Counted from the first letter of the stretch, positions 46,204-57,054 are shown. The stretch: DNA of 64,000 nucleotides from Minisyncoccota bacterium (GCA_035627595.1 DASPLK010000005.1:3877-67876); one strand, 5' to 3'. A program made the numbers and translations. The notes: a model not told the origin generated them from the sequence alone.

Positions 46204-47988
46204 CTAGCGCCTCGCTTTAGCACGAGCAGACTCAGTCAGTTCCTGCTTCCTCAAGCGTACGCTCTTGGGCGTAATCTCAAGGTATTCGTCGCTCGCCATC
46301 ACCTCAAGACCGCGCTCGATCGTAAGATCAAACGGAGGCACGAGATTGATTGCCTCATCGTTACCGGAGGAACGGACGTTGGTGAGGTTCTTACCCTTAG
46401 TCGGATTCACGAGCATCTCTTCGCCCTTAGAAGTGTTTCCAATGACCATACCCTCGTACACCTCGGTTGCAGGACCAATGTAAAGAAGGCCACGCTCTTG
46501 AAGACCCCATAGCGCATAGCCAAGTGCCTTGCCTGGGGCCATGGAGACCATGGAGCCGACCTGGCGCTTCTTGATCTCGCCGGCGTACGGCTGGAAGCCA
46601 ACCACGCGCGAGGAGATAATGCCTTCGCCCTTCGTATCGATAACGAACTGGTTGCGATAGCCGAGGAGGCCGCGCGTCGGTCCTAGGAGCGTGAGACGAA
46701 CGGAGTCATCGTGCTGCGTGAGATTCTGGAGGATGAAGGCACGGGTGCCCAGGCGCTCAATAATAGCTCCCTGATACTCGCTCGGGATGTCGATAATGAC
46801 CTCTTCGAACGGTTCAAGCTTCTGTCCTTCCTCCTCGCGGATGATGACCTGAGGCTGGGAGACCTGCATTTCGTAGCCTGCACGGCGCATGTTCTCCAAG
46901 AGAATGGCGACGTGGAGCTCACCGCGACCAGATACCTTAAAGGAGTCAGGCGAGACGAAATCAATCTTAAGTCCCACGTTCACCTCAAGCTCGCGCTCAA
47001 GATATTCGCGAAGCTGACGGCTCGTAACGTACTTCCCTTCCTTGCCCGCAAATGGAGAGTTATTAACGAGGAAGTTGAGGGTAATGGTGGGTTCATCGAC
47101 TGCAATAGCAGGCAAAGGCTCTGCGGCTGTATCTGTGGTCACGGTCTCGCCGATAAAGATGTCGGAAAGTCCGGCAATCATGACGATGTCACCCGCCTGT
47201 GCTTCTGTTGCCTCGACACGCTCAAGACCGTTGAAAGTGAAGAGCTTTGTGAGCTTTCCCGTACGCGCTTCGCCCGTTGGCTTCTTCACGGTCACATTAT
47301 CGGTAGCGCGAATAGAACCTTCGTACACGCGCGCGATTGCAAGACGTCCAAGGAAGTTATCGTACGCGAGATTGAACGCCTGGAGGCGTAGCGGCTTCTC
47401 AAGCATCTCGGGTGTGGAAGCCGGCGGCACGAGTTCAAGAATAGTATCGAGAAGCGGGGTGAGATCTTTACGCTCGTCAGCAAGCTCCTTCATAGCAACG
47501 CCCTCGCGGCCAATTGCGTAGACGGTCTTGAAGTTAGCCTGCTCATCAGAAGCGCCAAGCTCAAGGAAGAGTTCCAGTACCTGTTCTTCAGCGCGCGCAG
47601 GATCTGCAGCTGGCTTGTCTATCTTATTAAGTACGAGGATAGGCTTGATGCCGAGTTCAAGGGACTTCTTAAGCACGAAACGAGTCTGCGGCATTGGGCC
47701 TTCCTGAGCATCCACAACCAGAAGGACCGAGTCGATAGAGCGCAAAACGCGCTCGACCTCGCTACCGAAGTCTGCGTGTCCTGGCGTGTCTACAATGTTG
47801 ATCTTCGTATCCTTGTAGGTAACGGAGGCGTTCTTGGAGTAAATGGTAATGCCGCGCTCGCGCTCCAAGGTATTGGAATCCATAGATACGCCCTCATGCG
47901 CGGCGCCCGTCTGGCGTAGCAGTGCGTCGGTAAGCGTGGTCTTGCCATGATCCACGTGGGCGATAATTGCGATGTTTCGTATCTCCAT
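46204..47988 (-). CDS. typA: Translational GTPase TypA/BipA
   Basis: [53 protein letters not shown]. Confidence 0.98.
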   Translation of the reverse strand: MEIRNIAIIAHVDHGKTTLTDALLRQTGAAHEGVSMDSNTLERERGITIYSKNASVTYKDTKINIVDTPGHADFGSEVERVLRSIDSVLLVVDAQEGPMPQTRFVLKKSLELGIKPILVLNKIDKPAADPARAEEQVLELFLELGASDEQANFKTVYAIGREGVAMKELADERKDLTPLLDTILELVPPASTPEMLEKPLRLQAFNLAYDNFLGRLAIARVYEGSIRATDNVTVKKPTGEARTGKLTKLFTFNGLERVEATEAQAGDIVMIAGLSDIFIGETVTTDTAAEPLPAIAVDEPTITLNFLVNNSPFAGKEGKYVTSRQLREYLERELEVNVGLKIDFVSPDSFKVSGRGELHVAILLENMRRAGYEMQVSQPQVIIREEEGQKLEPFEEVIIDIPSEYQGAIIERLGTRAFILQNLTQHDDSVRLTLLGPTRGLLGYRNQFVIDTKGEGIISSRVVGFQPYAGEIKKRQVGSMVSMAPGKALGYALWGLQERGLLYIGPATEVYEGMVIGNTSKGEEMLVNPTKGKNLTNVRSSGNDEAINLVPPFDLTIERGLEVMASDEYLEITPKSVRLRKQELTESARAKARR

Positions 47989-48115
47989 AAAATAAAAGAG
48001 GCCTGGGGCCTGTTACCGACACAATACCTCTATATATATAGGAGCGTCAATGAAGCCATGCTATAACTCCTTCGGATCTATACCGTGGGTCCGTAACCGA
48101 GAGATGGAGGGTGCT

Positions 48116-48799
48116 ATGCGCATCCAGCCAAAACGGGTCCGCGCAGTCATCTTCGACTACGACGGGCCACTGAGCAATTCCTTCAACCACGGCCTGCGTA
48201 TGCTTGCCACACTCGCGCGCAAGCGGGGCCTGGCGTTCACGCCCCGCATCGCGAAACGGCTCATCCGCACCTGGGGGCTGAAGGGCAACGAGCTCATCGC
48301 CAAAGCGTTCGGCATATCTCTCGATGAGGGCACGGTGCTCTATCGTGAGTGGTCGGAAGCTGAGAAACTGACTCCGTGCGGGCTCGTGCCGATGGCGCGG
48401 GAAACCTTGCAGGATCTGCGCGAGCGAGGACTGGTCAACACCATCCTTACCTCGCGCCCCAGCTGGGCGCTTGCGCATTCGATCGATGCTGAGGGCATAA
48501 AGGAACACTTCGCGCACATCGTTACAACGTGCGACACAGAGTTCCATAAGCCCCATCCGCGGTCGTTCGACTGTACGATGGAGCTCCTCGGAAGACGCGG
48601 CGTCCGTGAGGATGAATGTGTCTTTATCGGCGATACGTTCGTCGACATCGATGCAGGGCGGGCACGCGGTGTGACGACATTTATCGTACGCACCGGCCCA
48701 TACGCGTTCTTCGATCACAAGGACTTTGACCCCGACCACATGATTCCATCGGTTGGTCATCTCGTGCCGCGACTCAGGGATCTCAACTATTCCCTGTAG
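48116..48799 (+). CDS. HAD-IA hydrolase
   Basis: IFDYDG, LTSR, KPHP, FIGDT.VDI.AG; GGAGGG SD; terminator at 48803-48830. Confidence 0.85.
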   Translation: MRIQPKRVRAVIFDYDGPLSNSFNHGLRMLATLARKRGLAFTPRIAKRLIRTWGLKGNELIAKAFGISLDEGTVLYREWSEAEKLTPCGLVPMARETLQDLRERGLVNTILTSRPSWALAHSIDAEGIKEHFAHIVTTCDTEFHKPHPRSFDCTMELLGRRGVREDECVFIGDTFVDIDAGRARGVTTFIVRTGPYAFFDHKDFDPDHMIPSVGHLVPRLRDLNYSL

Positions 48800-48834
48800 T
48801 CAAAAGGGCTCCGCTTTGGCGGGGCCCTTTCTGC

Positions 48835-49824
48835 TTATCTTAGATAGGTTTCGACATTCGCCTTATGCTGCGCGTAGTTTGTGGAGCAGTGTATCTGTCC
48901 ATCGTAATCATGCAGATAGTAGAGACAATCGGTCTGATCAGGGTTCAATACAGCGCGGATGGAATCGAGACTCGGGTTGGCGATCGGGTGCGGCGGAAGC
49001 CCCGTGTTCTGATAAGTATTAAAGGGAGACTCCAAGTATTTGTCTTCGGACTGAGGCACCGGCCACCATTTCTCTTTGTTGCCCCGTACATACTGCAGCG
49101 TCGCATCCACTTGTAGGAGCATGTCACGGTCGATGCGATTCCAGAGTATCGCTGCAACGAGTGCCTTGTCGTTCTTCGCCGCTTCCCGTTGAACAAGTGA
49201 CGCAAGGTTCACAACATCAGTCCAGTCCATTCCCTTTTCCGCCGCTTCATTTGCGTATGGTGCAAAAACTTCCTGGAATCTCTTGCGCATTCGCTCAGCA
49301 ACTTCCTTAGGCGATTGATCGGTTGGTATGAGGTATGTATCGGGATAGTAGACGCCCTCAACAAACGACGGGGAGGGTGCGGTATGCACGTCTATCCATT
49401 CCCTCTTCTCTTCCTCAGTCCACGTAAGGTGCTCCCCAAGCAGCTCCGCAATCTCTTCCTTACGCATACCTGGGGTTACCGTGACCCATGCAATTGAAGG
49501 GGTGCGCGCAAGCATGTCGGCGATCGCAAGCGTATCCATAGCTCGTGATATACGATATCCACCCGGCCGTATCCTCTCATTACCCCCTCCGCGGTATGCA
49601 GCATTAAATGCAAACGAACTGCGAATGAATCCTTCGTCTTCAAGACGATTAGCAACGTCACTTACGCTCGTTCCCGGCGCTACTAAAAATTCCTGAGAGA
49701 GCGCTGAGTCATCGACCGGGCCAAATAGATATGCGTATCCCAAGAGCGCCACGAAGAGGAACGCTAGAAAGCCGAACGCAATGCGCCGTGGGGTAAATCG
49801 GCGCCGTAGAGTAGGAACGCTCAT
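48835..49824 (-). CDS. mltG: Endolytic transglycosylase MltG
   Basis: EG.YYPDTY, ASLVQREA, LQVDAT, SPFNTY..GLPP.PIANP, AVLNP. Confidence 0.9.
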   Translation of the reverse strand: MSVPTLRRRFTPRRIAFGFLAFLFVALLGYAYLFGPVDDSALSQEFLVAPGTSVSDVANRLEDEGFIRSSFAFNAAYRGGGNERIRPGGYRISRAMDTLAIADMLARTPSIAWVTVTPGMRKEEIAELLGEHLTWTEEEKREWIDVHTAPSPSFVEGVYYPDTYLIPTDQSPKEVAERMRKRFQEVFAPYANEAAEKGMDWTDVVNLASLVQREAAKNDKALVAAILWNRIDRDMLLQVDATLQYVRGNKEKWWPVPQSEDKYLESPFNTYQNTGLPPHPIANPSLDSIRAVLNPDQTDCLYYLHDYDGQIHCSTNYAQHKANVETYLR

Positions 49825-49869
49825 TGGTGAGAGTGTACCATCGACCAAACGAAGAATATGGCGTATACA

Positions 49870-49900
49870 TTGACATTTTTATAAAAATCGAGCATAGTAT
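49870..49900 (+). promoter_or_regulatory. Sigma70-type promoter with a palindromic operator candidate
   Basis: TTGACA then palindrome ATTTTTATAAAAAT then CATAGT/TAGTAT. Confidence 0.5.
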
Positions 49901-49904
49901 TTTC

Positions 49905-51479
49905 ATGCAATTCGTTTCAATAGTTAAGTCCGGGGCATCTCGGACTTCCTCTCGTATTATTGGCGTCACTAATGGTGTCTGGAGACGCTACAGGGGCCTT
50001 TCTAAGCGCTGGCAGGTAGCCATCGCGGTACTTCTTGCTGTCCTTCTCGTCGCGCTTTTCATGCTACTTGGCGGAAGCAAGCCGCAGTCAGCAACCAATT
50101 CACTTCGCACGGTAACTCTGGAGAGTGTTGGCGCCCTCTCAGGTAACGGCAGTTCCGTTTCTGTCATCGGAACTGTCCGGTCCGTGTCCGAAGCGCAGGT
50201 ACTCGCGCAATCTGGCGGCACGGTTCGCAGGGTGCATACACAAATTGGATCACGTGTTCCGGCAGGCTTCGTGATCGCAGAGCTTGAGAATGCGAGCGAG
50301 CGAGCGGTCGTTCTTCAAGCACAGGGTGCGTACGAAGCAGCACTCGCTTCCCGTTCCATAACTCTCCTCCAGGCAGACAACACCAGTGCTTCCCTTTCCG
50401 AGACCGAGCGCTCAGTTCGCAACACATACCGCAGCGTCTATACCACCGTTGATAATGCGCTTGAGAATTATGTCGATCCTCTCATGTCGGGCGTTGATCG
50501 CGTTTCAACTGTTGGCGCGGATCTAACGGAGCAGCGTGCGGAAATTCGCAACTTGATGAACCAATGGCGCTACTCGCTTGAGCGCGCCGAGTCCGAGAGC
50601 CCAGAAGTTCTTCTCGCACGAGCTGAAGAAGCGTCCCGTGCAGTCACTGAATTCCTTGGCGAACTCGCACGTGCTGTGAACTCAAACAACTCAGACGCAA
50701 CCGCGACCCAGCGCTCCGGTGTTGCGACCGCGCGCACGAGTATCGACAGCGTCCTAGCGACTCTTTCTACCCAGCGCGATGCTCTTCGCGCAGCTCAAAC
50801 TGCGGCAGACGTCGCTGACCGCCAAACAACTTCTACAGATTCACGGACCGCAGGTGCAGACGCTTCCGTAAAGCAGGCCCTTGGTTCACTCCGCCTTGCA
50901 CAGGCGAACCTCGAGAAGACCATTGTCCGTGCACCTATCGCGGGCACGGTGAACTTCTTGCCTATTCGCGTAGGAGACTATGCAACCTCATTCCAGCATG
51001 TCGCGACAGTTGCAAACAATGGATCTCTTGAGGTCGTCGCGTATGTTTCGGAGGGTGACCGTGAGCTTATTTCCGTCGGCGAGAAGGTGACTGTTGAGGA
51101 TGACCATCAAGGCGTTATCACCTCCATCGCCCCTGCTCTTGATCCGACCACCAAGCGCATCGAGGTTCGCATTGCTGTTACCGGTGGCGAGGGTCTCGTC
51201 AATGGCCAGAGCGTACGTATTGCGTTTAGGAACGTGGTAGCAAGTGAAGCGCCTACCCAAGGCCCAGTTCTGCTTCCCTTGGCTGCAGTGAAGCTTCGTA
51301 CGGACGACCGCGTAGTCTACACAGTAGATGACGCAGGTCGCCTGGTTGCCGTACAAGTTGAAATCGGCGAGGTGCGGGGCGACCGCATCGAGATACTCTC
51401 CCCGCTTCCGCTTGAGGTGCGCATCGTGACTGATGCTCGCGGTCTTGCCGAGGGACAGCAGGTCAATGTCGCAGACTAA
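49905..51479 (+). CDS. RND efflux membrane-fusion (adaptor) protein
   Basis: TM, lipoyl half (SGGTVRRV..IG.RV..G), long helical hairpin, IVRAPIAGTV, IAPALDPTT. Confidence 0.88.
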   Translation: MQFVSIVKSGASRTSSRIIGVTNGVWRRYRGLSKRWQVAIAVLLAVLLVALFMLLGGSKPQSATNSLRTVTLESVGALSGNGSSVSVIGTVRSVSEAQVLAQSGGTVRRVHTQIGSRVPAGFVIAELENASERAVVLQAQGAYEAALASRSITLLQADNTSASLSETERSVRNTYRSVYTTVDNALENYVDPLMSGVDRVSTVGADLTEQRAEIRNLMNQWRYSLERAESESPEVLLARAEEASRAVTEFLGELARAVNSNNSDATATQRSGVATARTSIDSVLATLSTQRDALRAAQTAADVADRQTTSTDSRTAGADASVKQALGSLRLAQANLEKTIVRAPIAGTVNFLPIRVGDYATSFQHVATVANNGSLEVVAYVSEGDRELISVGEKVTVEDDHQGVITSIAPALDPTTKRIEVRIAVTGGEGLVNGQSVRIAFRNVVASEAPTQGPVLLPLAAVKLRTDDRVVYTVDDAGRLVAVQVEIGEVRGDRIEILSPLPLEVRIVTDARGLAEGQQVNVAD

Positions 51480-51482
51480 AGT

Positions 51483-54400
51483 ATGATCCCCCTTTGGCAG
51501 TTTTTCCTCAACAAGCATCACTTCACGATGCTTCTTATGGCCGTCCTTGTAATGGGCGGTATCTTTGCTGCCATCATGATCCCGAAGGAATCGTCCCCGG
51601 AGGTCCAGATTCCAATGGGTATCGTTACAACCGTGCTTCCTGGCGCCTCTGCGGAGGATGTTGAGGAGCTGATCACAAACAAGCTTGAGGACCGCATCAT
51701 TGGCCTCGAGCGCGTCTCTCGCGTCACTTCAACTTCTGGTGACGGAGTCTCCTCAATCACCGTCGAGTTCGATGCTAGTGCAAATATCGAATCGTCCATC
51801 CAGCTCCTAAAGGATGAAGTAGATAAGGCGGAGGCAGAGCTTCCAGCTGAGGCTGAGGACCCGATGGTCACCGATGTTAACTTTGCTGACCAGCCTATTC
51901 TTATAGCCTCCATCTCTGGCGATCTCGCGCCAGCTGAGCTTACTGCGCTTGGCAACGCCGTGAAGGACGAGATTGAACGCGTGCCTGGTGTCTCTTCTGT
52001 CGCTCTTACTGGTGTTCGTGAGCGTCAGGTGCAGGTAATTGTCGAACAGGCAAAGCTTCGCCAGTACGGCCTCTCACTTTCTGATGTCACGACCGCAATC
52101 CGCACCTCGGGTATTGCAACGCCTTTGGGTTCGATTCGTGTATCTGGCGTGGAATATGCAGTGCGTCTTGAGGCGGGCGCAACCGAGGCTGAGGACATCG
52201 CAAACGTAGCATTGACGGGTCCAGGCAGCACGGCGCTTCGTGTTCGTGATGTTGCCAACGTGGTGAACGGTCTTGAGGATCCGCGCACGTTTTCTCGAGT
52301 TTCAGTGGAAGGCAACCCTTCGCAGCCCGCCCTTACCCTTTCTATATTCAAAAGCCGCGGCGGTAACATCGTTGACACTGGCCACGCCATTAAGGATCGC
52401 CTTGCAGAACTCGAGCAAACGACCCTAGCAGGCACGAAGACCGTTATTTCATACGATGCATCCAAAGATGTCGAACATGACCTCACTGAGCTTACGAGGG
52501 TCGGCATGGAAACAATGGTGCTTGTCATGCTCGTCCTTTTTCTTACACTCGGCTGGCGCGAGTCCCTCGTTGCCGCGGTCTCTGTTCCGCTATCATTCCT
52601 CATCGCATTTATCGGGTTGTGGGCCAGTGGAAACACCATCAACTTCATTTCTCTCTTCTCCCTCATCCTTGCGATCGGTATTTTGGTGGACTCGGGCATT
52701 GTCGTTGTGGAGGCGTTTCATACTCGCCTTGTAAAATACGGCAATAAGTATCAGGCGGCTCTTGCGGCGATTAAAGAGTACGCATGGCCGCTTATAGCCG
52801 GCACGTTTACTACGATTGCAGTATTCGTGCCGCTATTCTTCCTCTCCGGTATTGTCGGCAAGTTTATCGCGTCCATTCCCTATACCGTTATCTTTGTGCT
52901 CCTGGCATCTATCTTCGTTGCGCTTGGCCTTGTACCGCTGCTTGCGATCTACTTCGTCCGCAACACGCTCTCTGCGACGGAGAAGCGCCAAGAGGAGTAC
53001 AACGAACGGGCGCGCGCATGGTATGAGAATTATCTTCGCGGTCTTCTTGGGGATCGTAAGCGCGAGAATCGCTTTCTTCTCATCATCGGCGTGCTCTTTG
53101 TAGTTGCGCTCATGCTTCCTGCAATTGGCGTAGTAAAAGTAGTGTTCTTCCCTTCAGACGACTACGGCCTTCTTTACGCATCTATCGAGAAACCTCAAGG
53201 TACCGAGCTTTCAGACACCGACATTAGTGCGCGCGAGGTCGAGGAAATCCTCTATCAGGATCAGCGCATTGCATCGTTTGTAACTGAGGTTGGCTCGGGC
53301 AGCTCCTTCACAGGTACCGGTGCTGCAAGCGGGGCGAAGCTAGCGAACGTCACCATTAATCTTGTGGATGAGAGTGAGCGCAAGGAATCGAGTGATGAAG
53401 TGATGCAAGATATCCGTGAGAAGCTCTCGGCAGTCACCTCTGCCGCCGTTACCGTGTCCTCCCCTACCGGCGGCCCGCCAACAGGTAAACCAATCTCTGT
53501 TACATTTGCAGGCGATGATATCGGTGAGCTCACTCAAACCGTTGAGGCTGCGGCGCAGACCCTATCTGAAATACCCGGCGCGACCAACATTCAGACGAGC
53601 GCGCGCGACGACAGCGCCGAGTTCAAGATCGAGATCGATTCTGCAAAGGCGACCGAGCTCGGCGTCTCTCCTGCTGCCGCAGCAGATACGCTGCGCACCG
53701 CGCTCTTTGGCGCAAAAGCGACCGACATTCGAACTGAAACTGAAGATATCGAGGTACGTGTAAAACTTAATCTCAATCCGGCATACCAGCAGCCTGAGGA
53801 GACCAACGAAACCACCATTGAGGCCGTTCGCGAGCTAACCGTGCAAGGCACGCGCGGTCCGGTACCACTTTCAGCATTCGCTACTATCTCTTACGAGCAG
53901 GCAAATACTGCCATTCGACACGAGGGCGGTATGCGGACCGCAACACTTGAGGCTGATGTTGCACCAGGAGCAAACGCGCTCCAGGTTATGCAGACGTTCT
54001 TGAATCGCATGGAAGAGACTTCGCTTCCGCCGAGCGTAGAGATGAAAGTCGGAGGCGAGACAGAGGATGTAAATAAGTCATTCATTGAAATGGCAGTCGC
54101 GCTCCTCGCTGGTGCAGCACTCATGCTTGCCATCCTTGTCCTTGAATTCAATTCCTTCCGCCAGTCGCTCTACCTGCTTCTCATCATTCCGCTATCCCTC
54201 ATAGGGGTCATGGCAGGTCTAGCTATCACGCGATCACCGCTCTCCTTCCCATCAATGCTCGGTGTCATCGCGCTTGCCGGCGTCATCATCAACCATGCCA
54301 TCATTCTCATGGATTCAGTCGCCCGCATCGGACGCGCAAGCGAAGGCAGGACGCTTACCGACGTTGTCATCGAAGCATCGGCATCGCGCCTGCGCCCGAT

Positions 54401-54602
54401 CGTTCTCACAACCGTGACGACCGTGGTTGGTATGATTCCACTATCATTCGTCTCAGCGCTCTGGGGGCCTCTAGCGTTCTCTATCATGTTCGGCCTTGCG
54501 TTCTCCATGATCCTCACACTTGTGGTGATTCCAGTCCTCTACCACCGCTGGCCAGGCAAGCGCGTTAAGGCGCAGTTCGAGGGCAAGGGTGCTGCTCTAT
54601 AG
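51483..54602 (+). CDS. RND efflux permease (AcrB/SwrC family)
   Basis: PGASAEDVE, AIGILVDSGIVVVE, GVIINHAIIL, RLRPIVLTT. Confidence 0.95.
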   Translation: MIPLWQFFLNKHHFTMLLMAVLVMGGIFAAIMIPKESSPEVQIPMGIVTTVLPGASAEDVEELITNKLEDRIIGLERVSRVTSTSGDGVSSITVEFDASANIESSIQLLKDEVDKAEAELPAEAEDPMVTDVNFADQPILIASISGDLAPAELTALGNAVKDEIERVPGVSSVALTGVRERQVQVIVEQAKLRQYGLSLSDVTTAIRTSGIATPLGSIRVSGVEYAVRLEAGATEAEDIANVALTGPGSTALRVRDVANVVNGLEDPRTFSRVSVEGNPSQPALTLSIFKSRGGNIVDTGHAIKDRLAELEQTTLAGTKTVISYDASKDVEHDLTELTRVGMETMVLVMLVLFLTLGWRESLVAAVSVPLSFLIAFIGLWASGNTINFISLFSLILAIGILVDSGIVVVEAFHTRLVKYGNKYQAALAAIKEYAWPLIAGTFTTIAVFVPLFFLSGIVGKFIASIPYTVIFVLLASIFVALGLVPLLAIYFVRNTLSATEKRQEEYNERARAWYENYLRGLLGDRKRENRFLLIIGVLFVVALMLPAIGVVKVVFFPSDDYGLLYASIEKPQGTELSDTDISAREVEEILYQDQRIASFVTEVGSGSSFTGTGAASGAKLANVTINLVDESERKESSDEVMQDIREKLSAVTSAAVTVSSPTGGPPTGKPISVTFAGDDIGELTQTVEAAAQTLSEIPGATNIQTSARDDSAEFKIEIDSAKATELGVSPAAAADTLRTALFGAKATDIRTETEDIEVRVKLNLNPAYQQPEETNETTIEAVRELTVQGTRGPVPLSAFATISYEQANTAIRHEGGMRTATLEADVAPGANALQVMQTFLNRMEETSLPPSVEMKVGGETEDVNKSFIEMAVALLAGAALMLAILVLEFNSFRQSLYLLLIIPLSLIGVMAGLAITRSPLSFPSMLGVIALAGVIINHAIILMDSVARIGRASEGRTLTDVVIEASASRLRPIVLTTVTTVVGMIPLSFVSALWGPLAFSIMFGLAFSMILTLVVIPVLYHRWPGKRVKAQFEGKGAAL

Positions 54603-54611
54603 CAGAGGTTC

Positions 54612-55259
54612 TTACTTGTTCTCCTCTACAACCTTCTCAAGCACCGGATCAAGCGGTGTATTAGGCGTATGCGGCGTAAGGTAGAAGTAGCCAATGACAG
54701 CTGCGACGAGCGCACCTATCGTATTAACGATGAAATCCCACATCGTATCGTTCAAGCCGTCCTTCTGCATGTCCATGTTAAACAGCTGATCACCCGTAAA
54801 CTCGAATACCTCCCAGAGTACTCCGATCATGAGTGAGAATGAGAACGCAAACAGCGATAGTACGATCGGCTTGGCGCGTATGGTCTGTTTTGAGACAGAC
54901 AGCATGAGCACAATGAGACCTAGGAGCCCGAACGCGAAGGCTGAGCCCGAGTGAAGCATCACATCCCACCACCACACGTCGTAGTAGAAGCGGTTTGCTT
55001 CTCCAAGAAACAAGGTCGCGTATACGAACAGGGCGAGCGCAATCGAAAAGATGCGCGGCACGTACACGCCCGTCTTTGCCTGAAGCGGTAGTGGTAGAAG
55101 AATGAACACGACCGTTACCGCTGCCAGAAACGCAGACTGCCAATTCTCCGCCATAACAGCGCCGATAATGGCCGGCACTAGCGAGAGCACGAGTAGCGAG
55201 AGCAGCAGGAATGACCAGTTACGCCAGTTCTCTGGTAGGAGCGATTTCATCACATCCAT
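54612..55259 (-). CDS. Membrane protein (DUF2238-like)
   Basis: FYY..WWWD..LH, LWEVFEF..D, GLNDTMWD. Confidence 0.7.
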   Translation of the reverse strand: MDVMKSLLPENWRNWSFLLLSLLVLSLVPAIIGAVMAENWQSAFLAAVTVVFILLPLPLQAKTGVYVPRIFSIALALFVYATLFLGEANRFYYDVWWWDVMLHSGSAFAFGLLGLIVLMLSVSKQTIRAKPIVLSLFAFSFSLMIGVLWEVFEFTGDQLFNMDMQKDGLNDTMWDFIVNTIGALVAAVIGYFYLTPHTPNTPLDPVLEKVVEENK

Positions 55260-55262
55260 GCG

Positions 55263-55955
55263 CTACATGAGCGGCACCTCAATAAGCAGGAACGATGCAG
55301 AGGCAGGTGCGACTAGCGCCAGATCTTCCTCTTCGACCGCTATTGCGTCGCGTGCTTCAAGCGCGACACCGTTTACAGTAACGCTCCCATCAATGACGAA
55401 CAGGTACGTGCCCCTACCCTCACCTACTTCATGCACGAGCGACATGCCTGCGGTTAGGTTTCCGCGATAGAGCAACGCGTCCTGATGAATCATGAGCGAT
55501 CCGTCCCTCCCATCACCCGAGACTAAGAGAGTGAGTGTCTGTTCGGTACCGAATGATTTTTGATCATACCGCGGGGCAACTCCTCGAGTTTGAGGTTCGA
55601 TCCAAATCTGGAAAAGCTTAAGCGCCTCGTCCTCGCGATTGAACTCGCCATGGACCACGCCAGTTCCAGCCGACATTACCTGCACTTCCCCAGCTCCCAC
55701 ACGCGCATTCGTACCCATGCTGTCTTCGTGCGTTACTGCGCCCTCTTCCACAATCGTGACAATTTCAAAGTCAGCATGCGCATGCATGTCGAATCCTCTC
55801 TTGGGAGCAACCACATCATCGTTCAGGACACGCAGAGCACCGAACCCCATACGTTTAGGGTCGTGCCAGTGGGCAAAACTGAAGCTGTGGCGAGTGGTAA
55901 GCCAGTCATAATCTGCTCCCCCTCGTGTGTGTGCGCGGTGTACGGTTATAGCCAT
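55263..55955 (-). CDS. Pirin family protein (YhhW-like)
   Basis: HSFSFA, FGALRVLNDD, HAHADFEI, HEDSMG, MSAGTGVVHGE, FQIWI. Confidence 0.93.
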   Translation of the reverse strand: MAITVHRAHTRGGADYDWLTTRHSFSFAHWHDPKRMGFGALRVLNDDVVAPKRGFDMHAHADFEIVTIVEEGAVTHEDSMGTNARVGAGEVQVMSAGTGVVHGEFNREDEALKLFQIWIEPQTRGVAPRYDQKSFGTEQTLTLLVSGDGRDGSLMIHQDALLYRGNLTAGMSLVHEVGEGRGTYLFVIDGSVTVNGVALEARDAIAVEEEDLALVAPASASFLLIEVPLM

Positions 55956-55977
55956 AGCCTAAGCCTAGCACTACTGG

Positions 55978-56511
55978 CTAGACCGCTAGGGTGTAGACAT
56001 CGGTGTCGACCGCACCGCACTCCTCAAGCACCTGCCGCGCATCATGCTCGGTATGAGCAGCGACGAGGATATCACCCTCGCCAACGCGGTCCGCATAGTG
56101 CTGGGCTTTTTCAGTGCCAATGCCTAAATTAGCGAGCGCGCCAATGACTCCGCCGGCAGCGGCTCCTGTTGCAGCACCTGCTGCTGTAGTCCCCACGGCG
56201 CCCGTAAGCCCGAGCATGGTTGCAAGCGGCCCTGCAGCAAACAAAGGACCTATGACAGGCAGAATACCTGCGACGGTTGCAAGACCAGCAATAGCGCCGA
56301 TTGTTCCGCCTACCATCGCCCCTTTCCCAGCACCTTCGACGGGCGTCTTACTTGCGATATCGCCTGCATCCACTTCCTGCACTTCGCCCTCAGTATTACG
56401 GTAGATATAGGAAATGTCGTCTGTTGGCACCTTGAGCTCATTATGGAGACGGTTAATAGCAGCCTCTGCGTTGCCGCGATCACTAAAGAGTCCGATGGTC
56501 ATCTGCTTCAT
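55978..56511 (-). CDS. General stress protein (YflT-like, glycine-zipper)
   Basis: IGLF....AE.AI..L, GA..GG.IG, PVIGPLFAAGP, GG.IGAL..LGI....A..Y. Confidence 0.75.
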   Translation of the reverse strand: MKQMTIGLFSDRGNAEAAINRLHNELKVPTDDISYIYRNTEGEVQEVDAGDIASKTPVEGAGKGAMVGGTIGAIAGLATVAGILPVIGPLFAAGPLATMLGLTGAVGTTAAGAATGAAAGGVIGALANLGIGTEKAQHYADRVGEGDILVAAHTEHDARQVLEECGAVDTDVYTLAV

Positions 56512-56518
56512 ATGCAAA

Positions 56519-56552
56519 GAGTACGGTTACGGGTATATCCGTAACCGTACTC
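56519..56552. repeat. 14-bp perfect inverted repeat
   Basis: GAGTACGGTTACGG-gtatat-CCGTAACCGTACTC. Confidence 0.9.
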
Positions 56553-56581
56553 ATGTGCGTATGAACGCGAGGTTAATCGCC

Positions 56582-56971
56582 CTAGAGAAGACCGAACCCA
56601 ATCGCGGTTAGGTAAACACCGACGATGAGCGCAAAGATGCCTCCGAAGGTGAACCAGGCCTTGAAATCGAGCGCCTTGTACATCTTCGCAACTGTCCTAT
56701 CTGACGCGATCATATAGAACGCTCCTTCAAGTACCAGCATCCACCCAAACAGGGACACCAGAGATGCCGCGGCTGAGGTCCAAACATTGTGCGTGAGCAC
56801 AATGAACAGACCGGCTACGAGCTCGAGCGTGCCAACGATAAGCCGCTGTAGCGGATCCTTTGCAAAAGCACCGAGGATCGGGACGAAGAAACGCTGGCGC
56901 GTCCAGATAGCGATGCCACCCACGATCAGGTAGATACCGAATACCTGGGAGAGCAGAGTGGTTAGTTCCAT
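56582..56971 (-). CDS. 4-TM hypothetical membrane protein
   Basis: GLFIVLTHNVW, SLFGW..LEG. Confidence 0.75.
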   Translation of the reverse strand: MELTTLLSQVFGIYLIVGGIAIWTRQRFFVPILGAFAKDPLQRLIVGTLELVAGLFIVLTHNVWTSAAASLVSLFGWMLVLEGAFYMIASDRTVAKMYKALDFKAWFTFGGIFALIVGVYLTAIGFGLL

Positions 56972-57004
56972 ACGTTATGGTTACGGCTATACCTTAATGA
57001 TAAA

Positions 57005-57036
57005 CGACAGAACCCCGCCTAAGCGGGGTTCTGTCG
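57005..57036 (-). terminator. Terminator after DoxX gene
   Basis: CGACAGAACCCCGC-ctaa-GCGGGGTTCTGTCG. Confidence 0.7.
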
Positions 57037-57054
57037 ATAACTATATGACCCTAG

